Positions 19,525 through 27,273 of a stretch of DNA of 45,393 nt are shown piece by piece; positions within the stretch are counted from its first letter, which is position 1, and each line of letters begins with the position of its first letter. The position numbers were made by a program, and so were the translations under genes. The notes below the pieces were generated by a model. That model ran no database searches. It was given only the letters and a program-made list of their open reading frames with translations, and was not told where the DNA came from. The stretch is from a virus. The stretch lies in IMG/VR virus record IMGVR_UViG_3300005548_000002, positions 1-45,393 of that record; one strand, written 5' to 3'.

Positions 19525-19561
19525 AACGCCGCCCAGCGGCCTGAAGAAAGGACTCGCCGAC

Positions 19562-20413
19562 ATGGCGAAGTTGAAGGCTGCCCTCGCGGCGGTCGCAGAG
19601 AAACTCGGCCTGAACCAGAAACTTCTGGCCCGCGCCCAGCGCCGGTATCAGGCCAACCGCAAACGCGCCTACAAGGCCCACGCCCAACAGGTCGCGGCGC
19701 AGGCGAAGGCCGACGAACTGCGCGCCACCGGGGCGGCACGGGCCGAGACGGTCGATCGCGAAGCCCTCCGCCATAGCCACGTCGCCTACAAGAACCACCA
19801 GCGGGCGCAGTACTGGCTCGGGGTGATCAAGCGGCTGACCCAGCGCATCGAAGGTCTCGAGGCCGACCAGGAGAAGATCGGGGCCGAGATCAAGAAGCTG
19901 CGTCCCAAGGTGAAGGGCAACGAAGTCGTGGGGGGGACGCCGAAACAGCGCTGGTTCCTCGCCTGCCTGACCTCCGTCTCCAACTGCTCGAACGGGACCC
20001 GTAGGAACTTCTATTCGCAGGCCGGCGGCTGGGACATCAGCCATGAACTCGTCGGGGGCCCGGAATACGGCGAGCGCTCCGACTGCTCCTCGACCGTCAC
20101 GGGCTGGGCCAAGGCCGCGCAGCTCGGAGACCCGAACGGCACCGAATGGACCGGCGGCTTCACCGGGACCCTCGTCGGAGAGCACAACGGCTGGAAGGAA
20201 GTCTCCCTCGCCGCGATGAGGAAGAAGGGCTGGGGCTTCGTCGTCTACGGCGAAGGCTCAGGCCACCACACCGAGGCCTTCACCCCCTCCAAGGACTCAC
20301 CGGACCGGACCTCCGGGCATGGCTCGGCTCCCGTCGACTTCGGGACCGTCTTCCTCTTCGGCCCGAACGAATACCAGCGCTACTACATCTGGCAAGCACC
20401 AAAGAAAGGCTGA
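19562..20413 (+). CDS. Endolysin candidate (coiled-coil N-terminus plus NlpC/P60-like cysteine peptidase)
   Basis: 'ERSDCSSTVTGW' Cys motif and 'SGHHTEAF' His motif. Flanked by small TM proteins. Confidence 0.5.
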   Translation: MAKLKAALAAVAEKLGLNQKLLARAQRRYQANRKRAYKAHAQQVAAQAKADELRATGAARAETVDREALRHSHVAYKNHQRAQYWLGVIKRLTQRIEGLEADQEKIGAEIKKLRPKVKGNEVVGGTPKQRWFLACLTSVSNCSNGTRRNFYSQAGGWDISHELVGGPEYGERSDCSSTVTGWAKAAQLGDPNGTEWTGGFTGTLVGEHNGWKEVSLAAMRKKGWGFVVYGEGSGHHTEAFTPSKDSPDRTSGHGSAPVDFGTVFLFGPNEYQRYYIWQAPKKG

Positions 20414-20419
20414 TCCACA

Positions 20420-20722
20420 GTGGCAACCAAGAGCAGCAAAAGCACGAAGACGACCACGGCCGCCTCGGCCCCGGATGACCCCACGCTGTTTCCGATCAAG
20501 CACGGCGTCAAGGTCGAGCAGGTCGAGCTCTTCGGCAAAGAACAGGAGCGCGCGCTCGGCTCACAGATCGCCCAGGCGATCGCCGCAGGGCGTGAATTCG
20601 AGGTCCGCTCCAGTGAACGCGGAATCCTCCTCCTGACCTCGGCGGCCGACGATCTCGGACAGGTCTTCTTCATCAACCACAGCGGCGACGTGACCGAAGT
20701 CGGCCACACCGAGAAGGGTTGA
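20420..20722 (+). CDS. Hypothetical protein
   Basis: GTG start, 100 aa, with high third-position GC. Confidence 0.5.
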   Translation: MATKSSKSTKTTTAASAPDDPTLFPIKHGVKVEQVELFGKEQERALGSQIAQAIAAGREFEVRSSERGILLLTSAADDLGQVFFINHSGDVTEVGHTEKG

Positions 20723-20724
20723 AC

Positions 20725-20889
20725 ATGAGCAACGAGACCACCGCAACCTCTGCGACCGCAGGAGCCGCCTTCGGGGCACTGGTCGGTTGGGGCGTCGCCG
20801 CCGTCACCGGGGCCGACACCGCTCCCATCAGCGCCCCTCTGGCAGTCCTCGGGGCGTTCATCTTCGGCCTGCTGTTCCCGACCCGATGA
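20725..20889 (+). CDS. Holin candidate (54 aa, two hydrophobic segments)
   Basis: MSNETTATSATAGAAFGALVGWGVAAVTGADTAPISAPLAVLGAFIFGLLFPTR. Too short for the ORF track. Confidence 0.45.
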   Translation: MSNETTATSATAGAAFGALVGWGVAAVTGADTAPISAPLAVLGAFIFGLLFPTR

Positions 20890-20957
20890 GCGTCGTCTGG
20901 ATTCTCATCGTCATCATCCTCGTCCTGCTGGCCATCGCCCTGATCCGGCGCCTCTGA
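20886..20957 (+). CDS. 23-aa single-TM peptide
   Basis: MSVVWILIVIILVLLAIALIRRL. ATGA overlap with the upstream gene. Confidence 0.35.
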   Translation: MSVVWILIVIILVLLAIALIRRL

Positions 20958-20991
20958 CCATGCACTGGCTCCACGCCCACCACTTCCTCGT

Positions 20992-21216
20992 GTGGGTCGT
21001 GAGGGAACTTCTGTCCACCTGACATCGGATACTCAAGGGGTGGCCACGACCACGGACACCCCCAAGGCCCCGATGCCCGACCTGGTCTGGGTACGCCCCG
21101 TGAGGTTCGAGAAGGGCATCGCCTACGAGCTCGCCCTCGTCCCTCCCGATGCGGAGGCAGTCGCGTACATGCCGGTCCCAGAGTTGCCGAAGGTCGATGG
21201 CGAACACCGCCCGTAA
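20992..21216 (+). CDS. Hypothetical protein
   Basis: GTG ORF of 74 aa. The start position is uncertain. Confidence 0.35.
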   Translation: MGREGTSVHLTSDTQGVATTTDTPKAPMPDLVWVRPVRFEKGIAYELALVPPDAEAVAYMPVPELPKVDGEHRP

Positions 21217-21505
21217 AGGGAACGCCGCGGAGGTCTTCGTCGCCCGCTGGCTCGAGGAACGCGGCTACGTAGTCGGCTCCCGCCGGCACATCGGAGGGGC
21301 CGGGGATCTCCTCGCCGTCCTCCCGTCGACCGGGAAGACGATGTTGATCGAGGTCAAGCACTGCAAGAACGTCTGGCAGCAGTTCAGACGCGAAGACCGT
21401 CAGGCGATGAAGGACACTCCGCTACCCGAGGGCGGGGAACGCTACGTGGTCAACAAGATCGGCAAGGACGAACTGCTCTGGCTCGGAGAGAAGTCCTGGC
21501 CATAG
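21197..21505 (+). CDS. PD-(D/E)xK nuclease, Holliday-junction-resolvase-like
   Basis: 'KGNAAEVFVARWLEERGY', 'GDLLAV' and 'IEVKH' (D...ExK pattern). 102 aa. Confidence 0.5.
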   Translation: MANTARKGNAAEVFVARWLEERGYVVGSRRHIGGAGDLLAVLPSTGKTMLIEVKHCKNVWQQFRREDRQAMKDTPLPEGGERYVVNKIGKDELLWLGEKSWP

Positions 21506-21532
21506 ACTCTCGGCGGTTCTCCCGCCACCCTA

Positions 21533-21566
21533 GCCCCTCAGTGCTCGCGCGCTGGGGGGCTTTTTT
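21533..21566 (+). terminator. Rho-independent terminator ending the structural/lysis operon
   Basis: Stem GCCCCTCAG / CTGGGGGGC (9 bp including one G.T pair), 10-nt loop, followed by TTTTTT. Lies between convergent genes. Confidence 0.7.
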
Positions 21567-21876
21567 ATTGCTCGTCTCGGCCTTCTTCGATGCCCTGCTG
21601 GCGGATCGCCTCCAAGAGGATCAACGCTTCGACCTCGCGGCGACGGATACGGCCCATCAGGAACGTGCCGAGGGCCCCCGCGACGACGACCGTGATCCCA
21701 AGGTAGAGCATGCACTTGCCGTAGCTTGAATAGGTCGTCACCCCTTCTTCGGTCGTAGATGGCGGATAGTGGCCGTTCCAGATTCCGAGCCCGAATACAT
21801 GGTCGGCCGAGACGAGGATCAGCGAAAAGATGCCGACGACGAAAAAGAAGGCGCAGATCTTCAGCCAGAACCGCAT
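21565..21876 (-). CDS. Two-TM membrane protein (moron; superinfection-exclusion candidate)
   Basis: 'ICAFFFVVGIFSLILV' and 'MLYLGITVVVAGALGTFLM' hydrophobic segments. Has its own AT-rich upstream region and sits next to the repressor. Confidence 0.6.
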   Translation of the reverse strand: MRFWLKICAFFFVVGIFSLILVSADHVFGLGIWNGHYPPSTTEEGVTTYSSYGKCMLYLGITVVVAGALGTFLMGRIRRREVEALILLEAIRQQGIEEGRDEQ

Positions 21877-22241
21877 CAGCCCATCCTAAGCGCGTGATCG
21901 GTCTCGCGTAAAGCTGTCGGAAAGTCCGCTCTTTTATCGGACAGCGTTATATAAAGAGGACGGTTATCCAATGGTGGTACGGGGGCGTCTACAACAGATT
22001 GTCCTACGGCGACAAGAAAAGACCGGAGCGGCGGACCGGAGGAGGCGGCGCTCCGCGAGCATAGGAGGGCGGCACGTTGGAGGGACCAGAACATCTGTTC
22101 GTGTCCGGAGCAGGGGGTACCTTGCTTGACCTCTTGAAGGGTGCGCGCCGGCGTATTCGCTGCCCCGGATCGCGTGAGAAGTACAGGGGGGTTCGATGAC
22201 CCAGAAGGAAGCCGAGATTCTCGCCGAGGCGCTGGTGGCGA

Positions 22242-22730
22242 TCAGGAGGACGAGCTTCTGCGTCTCGCTCCCTGGTCACTCTCGAGGCGCTCTAGCAGCG
22301 GCGACAAACGTTCTTGTTCGCTGCGCACCACAGAGACATCTGCAAGCAGTTGAGCCTGCTGATCCAGAACCTCTCGGAGCATCTCCTTCAGCTCTGAGTC
22401 TGGTTCAGCCTGGCTGAAGGCGTCGGATAGGTCGGCGGTGCTGGTCTCGCGGGTGACCAGTTGCTCGGGGTCGACCTCATAGAAGGCGCCGGCCGCTTTC
22501 GCGTTCTCCCATTTGATCGGACCGCCCTTCTCCCAGGTGCGGAGCGTCTTCGCGCTGACGCCGATCTCGTGCGCGGCATCTTCCTGGTTGAGGCGCCGTC
22601 CCTCGCGTAGCTCCTTGAGGTATTCGCCACGGGCGTAGTCGCTCATCTGCTTCCGGAAGCTAGCCAGTAGTTCCGCCCGTGACGAGGGAGTGGGGGGGAA
22701 GTGACGGGTTCGGGGGCTTGACTTCCGCAT
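22242..22730 (-). CDS. XRE/CI-type HTH repressor
   Basis: 'LRKLREGRRLNQEDAAHEIGVSAKTLRTWEKG'-type HTH (read as 'LKELREGRRLNQEDAAHEIGVSAKTLRTWEKG'). Alternative start at ATG 22646 (MSDYARGEY...). Confidence 0.75.
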   Translation of the reverse strand: MRKSSPRTRHFPPTPSSRAELLASFRKQMSDYARGEYLKELREGRRLNQEDAAHEIGVSAKTLRTWEKGGPIKWENAKAAGAFYEVDPEQLVTRETSTADLSDAFSQAEPDSELKEMLREVLDQQAQLLADVSVVRSEQERLSPLLERLESDQGARRRSSSS

Positions 22731-22770
22731 AACTTCCGATTACATTACCGGTAGTGAATCGGAAGCGCAA
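22649..22770. promoter_or_regulatory. Lysis-lysogeny switch: face-to-face promoters plus CTTCCG/CGGAAG operator half-sites
   Basis: Rightward promoter: TTGACT (22718..22723), 17-nt spacer, TACATT (22741..22746). Leftward promoter: TTGCGC (reverse complement of 22765..22770), 17-nt spacer, TAATGT (reverse complement of 22742..22747). Palindrome GCTTCCGGAAGC at 22649..22660. Inverted repeat CTTCCGATT (22733..22741) / AATCGGAAG (22757..22765). Confidence 0.5.
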
Positions 22771-22927
22771 CCTCCCACCCGGAATCAGCGTCATCTCGCT
22801 CCGTTTGCCCGTCGAGCTTCACGAAGCTCTGAAAGAGGCAGCCAAGCAGGAGGAACGGACGGTCTCCCAGGAGGCCCGCCGCGCGATCACTCTCCATGTC
22901 GAGCGCGAGACCGAGAAAGCCGCATGA
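22754..22927 (+). CDS. Ribbon-helix-helix (CopG/Arc-like) DNA-binding protein, Cro-analogue candidate
   Basis: GTG 22754 lies 7 nt after the -10 box, so the transcript is probably leaderless. 'ISLRLPVELHEALKEAAKQEERTVSQEARRAI'. 57 aa. Confidence 0.55.
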   Translation: MNRKRNLPPGISVISLRLPVELHEALKEAAKQEERTVSQEARRAITLHVERETEKAA

Positions 22928-23076
22928 ACCGCAGCCGCCTCGGACCCGCCGTCGACATGACGACCCGGGAGGGCCGCAAGGGGCTGAGCGAACGGCTCGC
23001 CCGTCGAGCAGCCGAACGTGAGCGCCTCCTTCTCCCTGTCCTGAACGTGGCCCAGATGAAGGACCCGAGGAAATGA
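22924..23076 (+). CDS. Hypothetical 50-aa protein
   Basis: ATGA overlap with the RHH gene. Confidence 0.35.
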   Translation: MNRSRLGPAVDMTTREGRKGLSERLARRAAERERLLLPVLNVAQMKDPRK

Positions 23077-23225
23077 TCGTCCTCGTCGCGGTCCTCGCTG
23101 TCGGCTGCATCCTCGTCGGGATGGGCATCGAGGCATGGCTCGGCGGTGCTCATACCGGGTCGCTCGAACACGAAGTCTGGATGTTGGAACTGGAGATCCA
23201 GCGCTTGAAGCGGGGCAAGCTGTGA
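23073..23225 (+). CDS. 50-aa membrane peptide
   Basis: ATGA overlap with the upstream gene. TM segment 'MIVLVAVLAVGCILVGMGI'. Confidence 0.35.
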   Translation: MIVLVAVLAVGCILVGMGIEAWLGGAHTGSLEHEVWMLELEIQRLKRGKL

Positions 23226-23692
23226 TCGCCGCCCCCACCGTCGACCGCTTCATGTCCAAGGTCGTCTGGAACGGCGACGAGGACGAATGCTGGACGTGGG
23301 AGGGCGGCACCGGCTCACACGGCTACGGGCAGATCAGCCTCGGCCGGAAGCAGCGCTTGGCCCACCGCGTCTCTTACGAATTGTTCAAAGGGGAAATCCC
23401 CCACGGCTTGGTCGTCGACCACCTTTGCCGCACCCCACGCTGCGTGAACCCTTCTCATCTGGAAGCGGTGACGCAAGGAGAGAACTGCTTGCGGGGCGTC
23501 GGCGCCTGCGCATCTAACGCTCGCAAGACCCACTGCGTTCGCGGCCATGAGTTCACCCCTGAGACGACCTACATCGTCCCTGCGACTGGTCACCGCACTT
23601 GCACCGTCTGCCGTGATGCCCGGAAGGCACGTTGGGACGCCATGCGTAAGTCCGAAATCGAAAACGCCCGACTGAAACGAGAGGGGAAATGA
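23222..23692 (+). CDS. HNH homing-type endonuclease (HNH_3-like), paralogue of 8359..8808
   Basis: 'RFMSKV...CWTWEGG....GYGQIS....RLAHRVSYE' and 'DHLCR.P.CVNP.HLE.VT..EN'. GTG start overlaps the upstream TGA. Confidence 0.8.
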   Translation: MIAAPTVDRFMSKVVWNGDEDECWTWEGGTGSHGYGQISLGRKQRLAHRVSYELFKGEIPHGLVVDHLCRTPRCVNPSHLEAVTQGENCLRGVGACASNARKTHCVRGHEFTPETTYIVPATGHRTCTVCRDARKARWDAMRKSEIENARLKREGK

Positions 23693-23850
23693 ACTCCATC
23701 CCGATCCTGATCATCGGAGCCCCTGCGGTACTCGCGGTGATCGCTGCGAAGAAGGCACAGAAGCAGCAGCCGAAGGAGGCACCGGTCCGCGTCGAGAACT
23801 GGACGTGGCCGAAGCGCTGGAACCGTCACGCATCCACGGGGAAGCGCTGA
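23689..23850 (+). CDS. 53-aa membrane peptide
   Basis: ATGA overlap with the upstream gene. TM segment 'IPILIIGAPAVLAVIAA'. Confidence 0.35.
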   Translation: MNSIPILIIGAPAVLAVIAAKKAQKQQPKEAPVRVENWTWPKRWNRHASTGKR

Positions 23851-24029
23851 TGGCCAAGGACCTCCTACAGGACTTCGAGGCCCGGGTGGACCTCAACAAC
23901 TTCGACCCCGCCCTGATCCCGTTGCAGAACGACGCCCTCAAGAGGGTCAAGGAGGCACGGGACAACGGCACCGAAGAGGACATCCGCGATGCCGTGAGGG
24001 TCGCCAAAGAGTTGGGAGCCCTTCCGTGA
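23850..24029 (+). CDS. Hypothetical protein
   Basis: The ATG shares one base with the upstream TGA. 59 aa. Confidence 0.45.
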   Translation: MAKDLLQDFEARVDLNNFDPALIPLQNDALKRVKEARDNGTEEDIRDAVRVAKELGALP

Positions 24030-24889
24030 GCGAGACCTACACCGTCCGTGACGTACGCGAGGGGAAGGTGAAGCCCAACCCTCACGGCGGCGGCAACCTC
24101 CAGGCCTTCTACGTGGACTTCGTACGCCCTGACGGCAAACTGGAAATGGGCGTCTACTGGCAGCGCAAGGAGGGCAACGCCCCGCAGCCGGAGGAATCTG
24201 TCTTCGGAGACATCACCGAAGGTGACTACGGCCCTCGCTTCAAGCAGGCGAAAGGTGGTCCTTCACACAACGAATCTTCCACGGGCAATGCTCCGGGGTC
24301 GTCCAGCGGCAGGACTCCGGGTTCTGGACCCGGCAACGGTGGTTCGAATCCATCCCCCGGAACTAACGGGACGGACTGGGAGGTCAGGAACGCCGAAATC
24401 CGCAGGCAGCACTCGCAGGAGATGAGTGTTCGGGTCCATGGCTACGTCGGTGCCTTCTCCGCTGAGCTAAATCAGGCGGGGATCTCGGACCTCACGAAAT
24501 CGAGTATCGCCGTTCTCGCCGACTGGTTCGACCAGGACGCCATAGCCGCCGGCCAGAAGGCGAGTCAGGGCGCAGCATCGACGAGTGGCTCACCACACTC
24601 GTCGCCTCCTCCCCAGGGTGCTGCCCCTGACTCGTTTTCAGCCGGGGAAGAACACCAATGGCTGGAAAACCTCCTGATCCAGGGAGGGGCATCAACCTAC
24701 GGCGCAGGGAAGCTCGCCAACTTCGCATTGGAGGAGTTGAGCCCGGAGAACCTCAAGAAATGCGAGGCCCTCCTGAGCAACCTGGACTCCCAGGTCGAAG
24801 GCCGTGAACGGCTCGAAACGAGCTACACGAAGGCCAAGGGTGAACCGGTCCCGCAGGTCGACCCCATCGACGACGACCTTCTGTTCTGA
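24026..24889 (+). CDS. SSB-like protein candidate (N-terminal domain, Gly/Ser/Pro linker, acidic C-terminal tip)
   Basis: 287 aa. The C-terminus 'DPIDDDLLF' resembles the SSB 'DDDIPF' tip, and the middle is low-complexity. Confidence 0.35.
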   Translation: MSETYTVRDVREGKVKPNPHGGGNLQAFYVDFVRPDGKLEMGVYWQRKEGNAPQPEESVFGDITEGDYGPRFKQAKGGPSHNESSTGNAPGSSSGRTPGSGPGNGGSNPSPGTNGTDWEVRNAEIRRQHSQEMSVRVHGYVGAFSAELNQAGISDLTKSSIAVLADWFDQDAIAAGQKASQGAASTSGSPHSSPPPQGAAPDSFSAGEEHQWLENLLIQGGASTYGAGKLANFALEELSPENLKKCEALLSNLDSQVEGRERLETSYTKAKGEPVPQVDPIDDDLLF

Positions 24890-24892
24890 GCC

Positions 24893-25063
24893 ATGAATCA
24901 GGACGACTACAGGGACAAGGCAGACGTGGCGAAGGCGGAGCGCAAGCCCGATGTCCTCGCGTCGATCCCGATGCCTCCGCCTCCGAAGGAGTGCCCGGCC
25001 TGCGCCGTCTCCTGGGAAGCCACGCACGCGGACTGGTGCCCGTTCCGACTGGATGCCGCATGA
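24893..25063 (+). CDS. Small Cys/His protein
   Basis: 56 aa with 'CPACAVSWEATHADWCPF'. Too short for the ORF track. Confidence 0.4.
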   Translation: MNQDDYRDKADVAKAERKPDVLASIPMPPPPKECPACAVSWEATHADWCPFRLDAA

Positions 25064-25272
25064 AGGTCGACGACCAGATCCCGGAGTACCTCCTGAAGCG
25101 CTGGGAGGAAGAACGGATCGAGCGGGAGTCCTTCGAGGACAGGGAGTTCCTCGGTTGGGAGGACCCCGGAGCAGATTGCTTCGACCGCTCACCCGAACAC
25201 ATCGACCGGCTGACGGACGTGATGGAAGCCGAAGACACGTCCTCGTACTGGGAAGAGGGGCGGGTCTGGTGA
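25060..25272 (+). CDS. Hypothetical acidic protein
   Basis: ATGA overlap with the upstream gene. 70 aa. Confidence 0.45.
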   Translation: MKVDDQIPEYLLKRWEEERIERESFEDREFLGWEDPGADCFDRSPEHIDRLTDVMEAEDTSSYWEEGRVW

Positions 25273-25538
25273 AGGTAGTCATCGAACTGGCCAAGGCCAA
25301 ACGTGCGGGTTACGAGGCCATCCTCTTCCACGAGCTTCCAGACGACGAAAACTGGCAGCGGTGGAGTTGGGAGTGCCTGAAGTGCGGTGCGGTGGGTGGC
25401 TCATCCGAGTACCGCGAGACGCGGCGTGACATGTACGACCACGCGCAGAAGCACATCCGCTTCGAGGAACTACTTACCTGCAAGCCACAGTGGGAGGGCC
25501 TTATCCCGAAGCCCAAGAAGCGGTGGTGGCGCCGATGA
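25269..25538 (+). CDS. Hypothetical protein
   Basis: GTGA overlap with the upstream gene. 89 aa. 'CLKCG' motif. Confidence 0.45.
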   Translation: MKVVIELAKAKRAGYEAILFHELPDDENWQRWSWECLKCGAVGGSSEYRETRRDMYDHAQKHIRFEELLTCKPQWEGLIPKPKKRWWRR

Positions 25539-25948
25539 CCGACGCGACCTCCCTCCGCTCCGGTGCCGAGATCATGCGAGATCTCGATGACGCCGCCCGA
25601 GAGATCCAGGCGGCAGGAGTCGAACTCTCGCGGCTCATCACCACCTTCGGAGAGGCCTTCATAGGTAGCGATGGTGCGATCAAAGAGGGCACCAAGCTCC
25701 GCTACGAGATCGCCGTCAAGGACGAGATCGCCCGTCTCTACGAGTCCGCACTGACGGAGGAACGGAGAGTCCCGCCAGAGGACGTACGGAGCGCCCTGGC
25801 GGAGCGAGCGGTGAGGGCCAAGGACCCGACTCTCTACGCCGAATACAACGCCTCCAAGACGCGGATAGAAGCTCTCCGCCTCTTCATCTCCGGACGCAAG
25901 GCGGTCATCTCCGCCTACCAGAGCCTCCGGAAGGGAGAGGCGGCGTGA
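25535..25948 (+). CDS. Hypothetical protein
   Basis: ATGA overlap with the upstream gene. 137 aa, helical-looking. Confidence 0.5.
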   Translation: MTDATSLRSGAEIMRDLDDAAREIQAAGVELSRLITTFGEAFIGSDGAIKEGTKLRYEIAVKDEIARLYESALTEERRVPPEDVRSALAERAVRAKDPTLYAEYNASKTRIEALRLFISGRKAVISAYQSLRKGEAA

Positions 25949-26310
25949 CGCAGCGCGACCGCATCCTCCGCGCGCTCGAGCTCGCCGGCCCCAAAGGGGT
26001 TCGCTCAGACGCCTTCATCAAAGACTTCATGCCCCGAGCAGCAGCCCGCGTACAGGAGTTGAAAGACGAGGGCTACGACATCACGTCGGAGCGTGAGGGA
26101 AAGTTTTGCCGCTGGACTCTTAACGTCGGAAGCAGCACCGAAGGTCGGGACCAGGCTGAACCGGGCGGCACCTATCAGCCAGTCGATGCGACCTCCGGTG
26201 TTGCTTCGGGCGTTGAAGCCCTGGTGCCTTCCTCGTCTCCCCAGTCTCCCGGGGAAAGCACCACGGGCTCCGCCCGGTCTTCGATGTACGAGACGTGGGT
26301 GGAGGACTGA
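25945..26310 (+). CDS. Winged-helix DNA-binding protein candidate
   Basis: 'RDRILRALELAGPKGVRSDAF...ARVQELKDEGYDI'. Confidence 0.45.
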   Translation: MTQRDRILRALELAGPKGVRSDAFIKDFMPRAAARVQELKDEGYDITSEREGKFCRWTLNVGSSTEGRDQAEPGGTYQPVDATSGVASGVEALVPSSSPQSPGESTTGSARSSMYETWVED

Positions 26311-26891
26311 TGGCAGTCTCCAAACGGCTCCGCTACGAGGTTATGCGCCGGGACGGTTTCCGCTGCCGCTACTGCGGGTTCTCGGCCAGTGAGACCGAAC
26401 TTCAGGTCGATCACGTCCAGCCGATCGCCCTAGGCGGCGGCGATGAGCCGGAGAACTTGGTCACGTCCTGCGCTGATTGCAACGCCGGGAAGTCGGCGAG
26501 CAGTCCCGACCAGGCGATTGTCGAGAGCGTAGCTGACGATTCGTTGCGTTGGGCCAAGGCACTAGAGGAAGCCGCGGCGATCAAAGCGGCTGAGCGAGCG
26601 AAACAAACCCGGTACACCAAGGCCATCGATAAAGCATGGTCGGCGTGGACAAACGGCGCCGACGAACCGCTTCCGCGTCCGCGAGACTGGAAGCAGTCGC
26701 TTGAACAATTCCGTAACTCCGGCCTAGACCAGAAGACTGCCCTTCACATGGTCGATGTGACCATGAACCGACAGGGCCTCCTCAATAACAAGGCTTGGAA
26801 GTACTTCTGCGGTTGCTGCTGGAACGTGATCCGCGAGCAGCAGGCAATCGCTGCGGCATTGATCGAGCGCGACGAGGCAGGGCAGGAGTGA
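26310..26891 (+). CDS. HNH endonuclease (classic HNH/HNHc)
   Basis: 'RDGFRCRYCG......LQVDHVQP.ALGG...PENLVTSCADCNAGK'. Confidence 0.8.
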   Translation: MAVSKRLRYEVMRRDGFRCRYCGFSASETELQVDHVQPIALGGGDEPENLVTSCADCNAGKSASSPDQAIVESVADDSLRWAKALEEAAAIKAAERAKQTRYTKAIDKAWSAWTNGADEPLPRPRDWKQSLEQFRNSGLDQKTALHMVDVTMNRQGLLNNKAWKYFCGCCWNVIREQQAIAAALIERDEAGQE

Positions 26892-27248
26892 ATGTGCCCC
26901 GACGACTTCTACGCGCCCCCGGCGTTTCAGTTCTACCCAACCGACTTCCTCTCGGATGCCCCGGTGCTGGCGATGACGCTGGAGGAGCGCGGCGCCTACA
27001 TCACCCTGCTCTGCATCGCTTGGACGGAGAACGGTCTGCCCGCCGATCACAAACGACTTGCGCGCGTCCTGAATCTCACGCCCCGGAAGTTTGCAGGGGT
27101 CTGGGACGCGCTCGAGGGCTGCTGGGAAATGACCGACGACGGAAGGCTGGTGAGTCCACGCATGGAGAAGGTCCGCGAGGAAGCAAAGGCCAAAAGCTCA
27201 GCCGCCTCCAAGGCTGGCAAGGCCGGTGCGAAGGCAAGGTGGTCGTAA
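26892..27248 (+). CDS. DUF1376 (YdaU-like) protein, replication-associated
   Basis: 'FQFYPTDFLSD..V..MTLEERGAYITLLC.AW..GLP.D' signature. Confidence 0.65.
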   Translation: MCPDDFYAPPAFQFYPTDFLSDAPVLAMTLEERGAYITLLCIAWTENGLPADHKRLARVLNLTPRKFAGVWDALEGCWEMTDDGRLVSPRMEKVREEAKAKSSAASKAGKAGAKARWS

Positions 27249-27273
27249 TGCGGTCGCTATGCGGTCGCTATGG
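27248..27273. repeat. 11-bp tandem repeat ATGCGGTCGCT, about 2.4 copies (iteron-like)
   Basis: Copies at 27248..27258 and 27259..27269, then a partial ATGG. Followed by CGTAC repeats, C7-TAA-C7 and a hairpin. Confidence 0.6.

Noticed and set aside
21876-22094. 72-aa minus-strand ORF whose stop overlaps the moron's ATG
   Set aside because: Third-position GC collapses in its second half, and it covers the AT-rich putative promoter. More likely it is non-coding, although the coupling leaves some doubt.
24338-24354. GGTGGTTCGAATCCATC, a tRNA T-arm-like string (possible tRNA or attP core)
   Set aside because: No D-arm or anticodon arm can be built around it. It lies inside the Gly/Ser/Asn linker of a coding gene, 5 kb from int.
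27248-27273. Tandem 11-mers considered as a mini CRISPR array
   Set aside because: The copies are contiguous with no spacers, there are only about 2.4 units, and there are no cas genes. TnpB elements do not use arrays.
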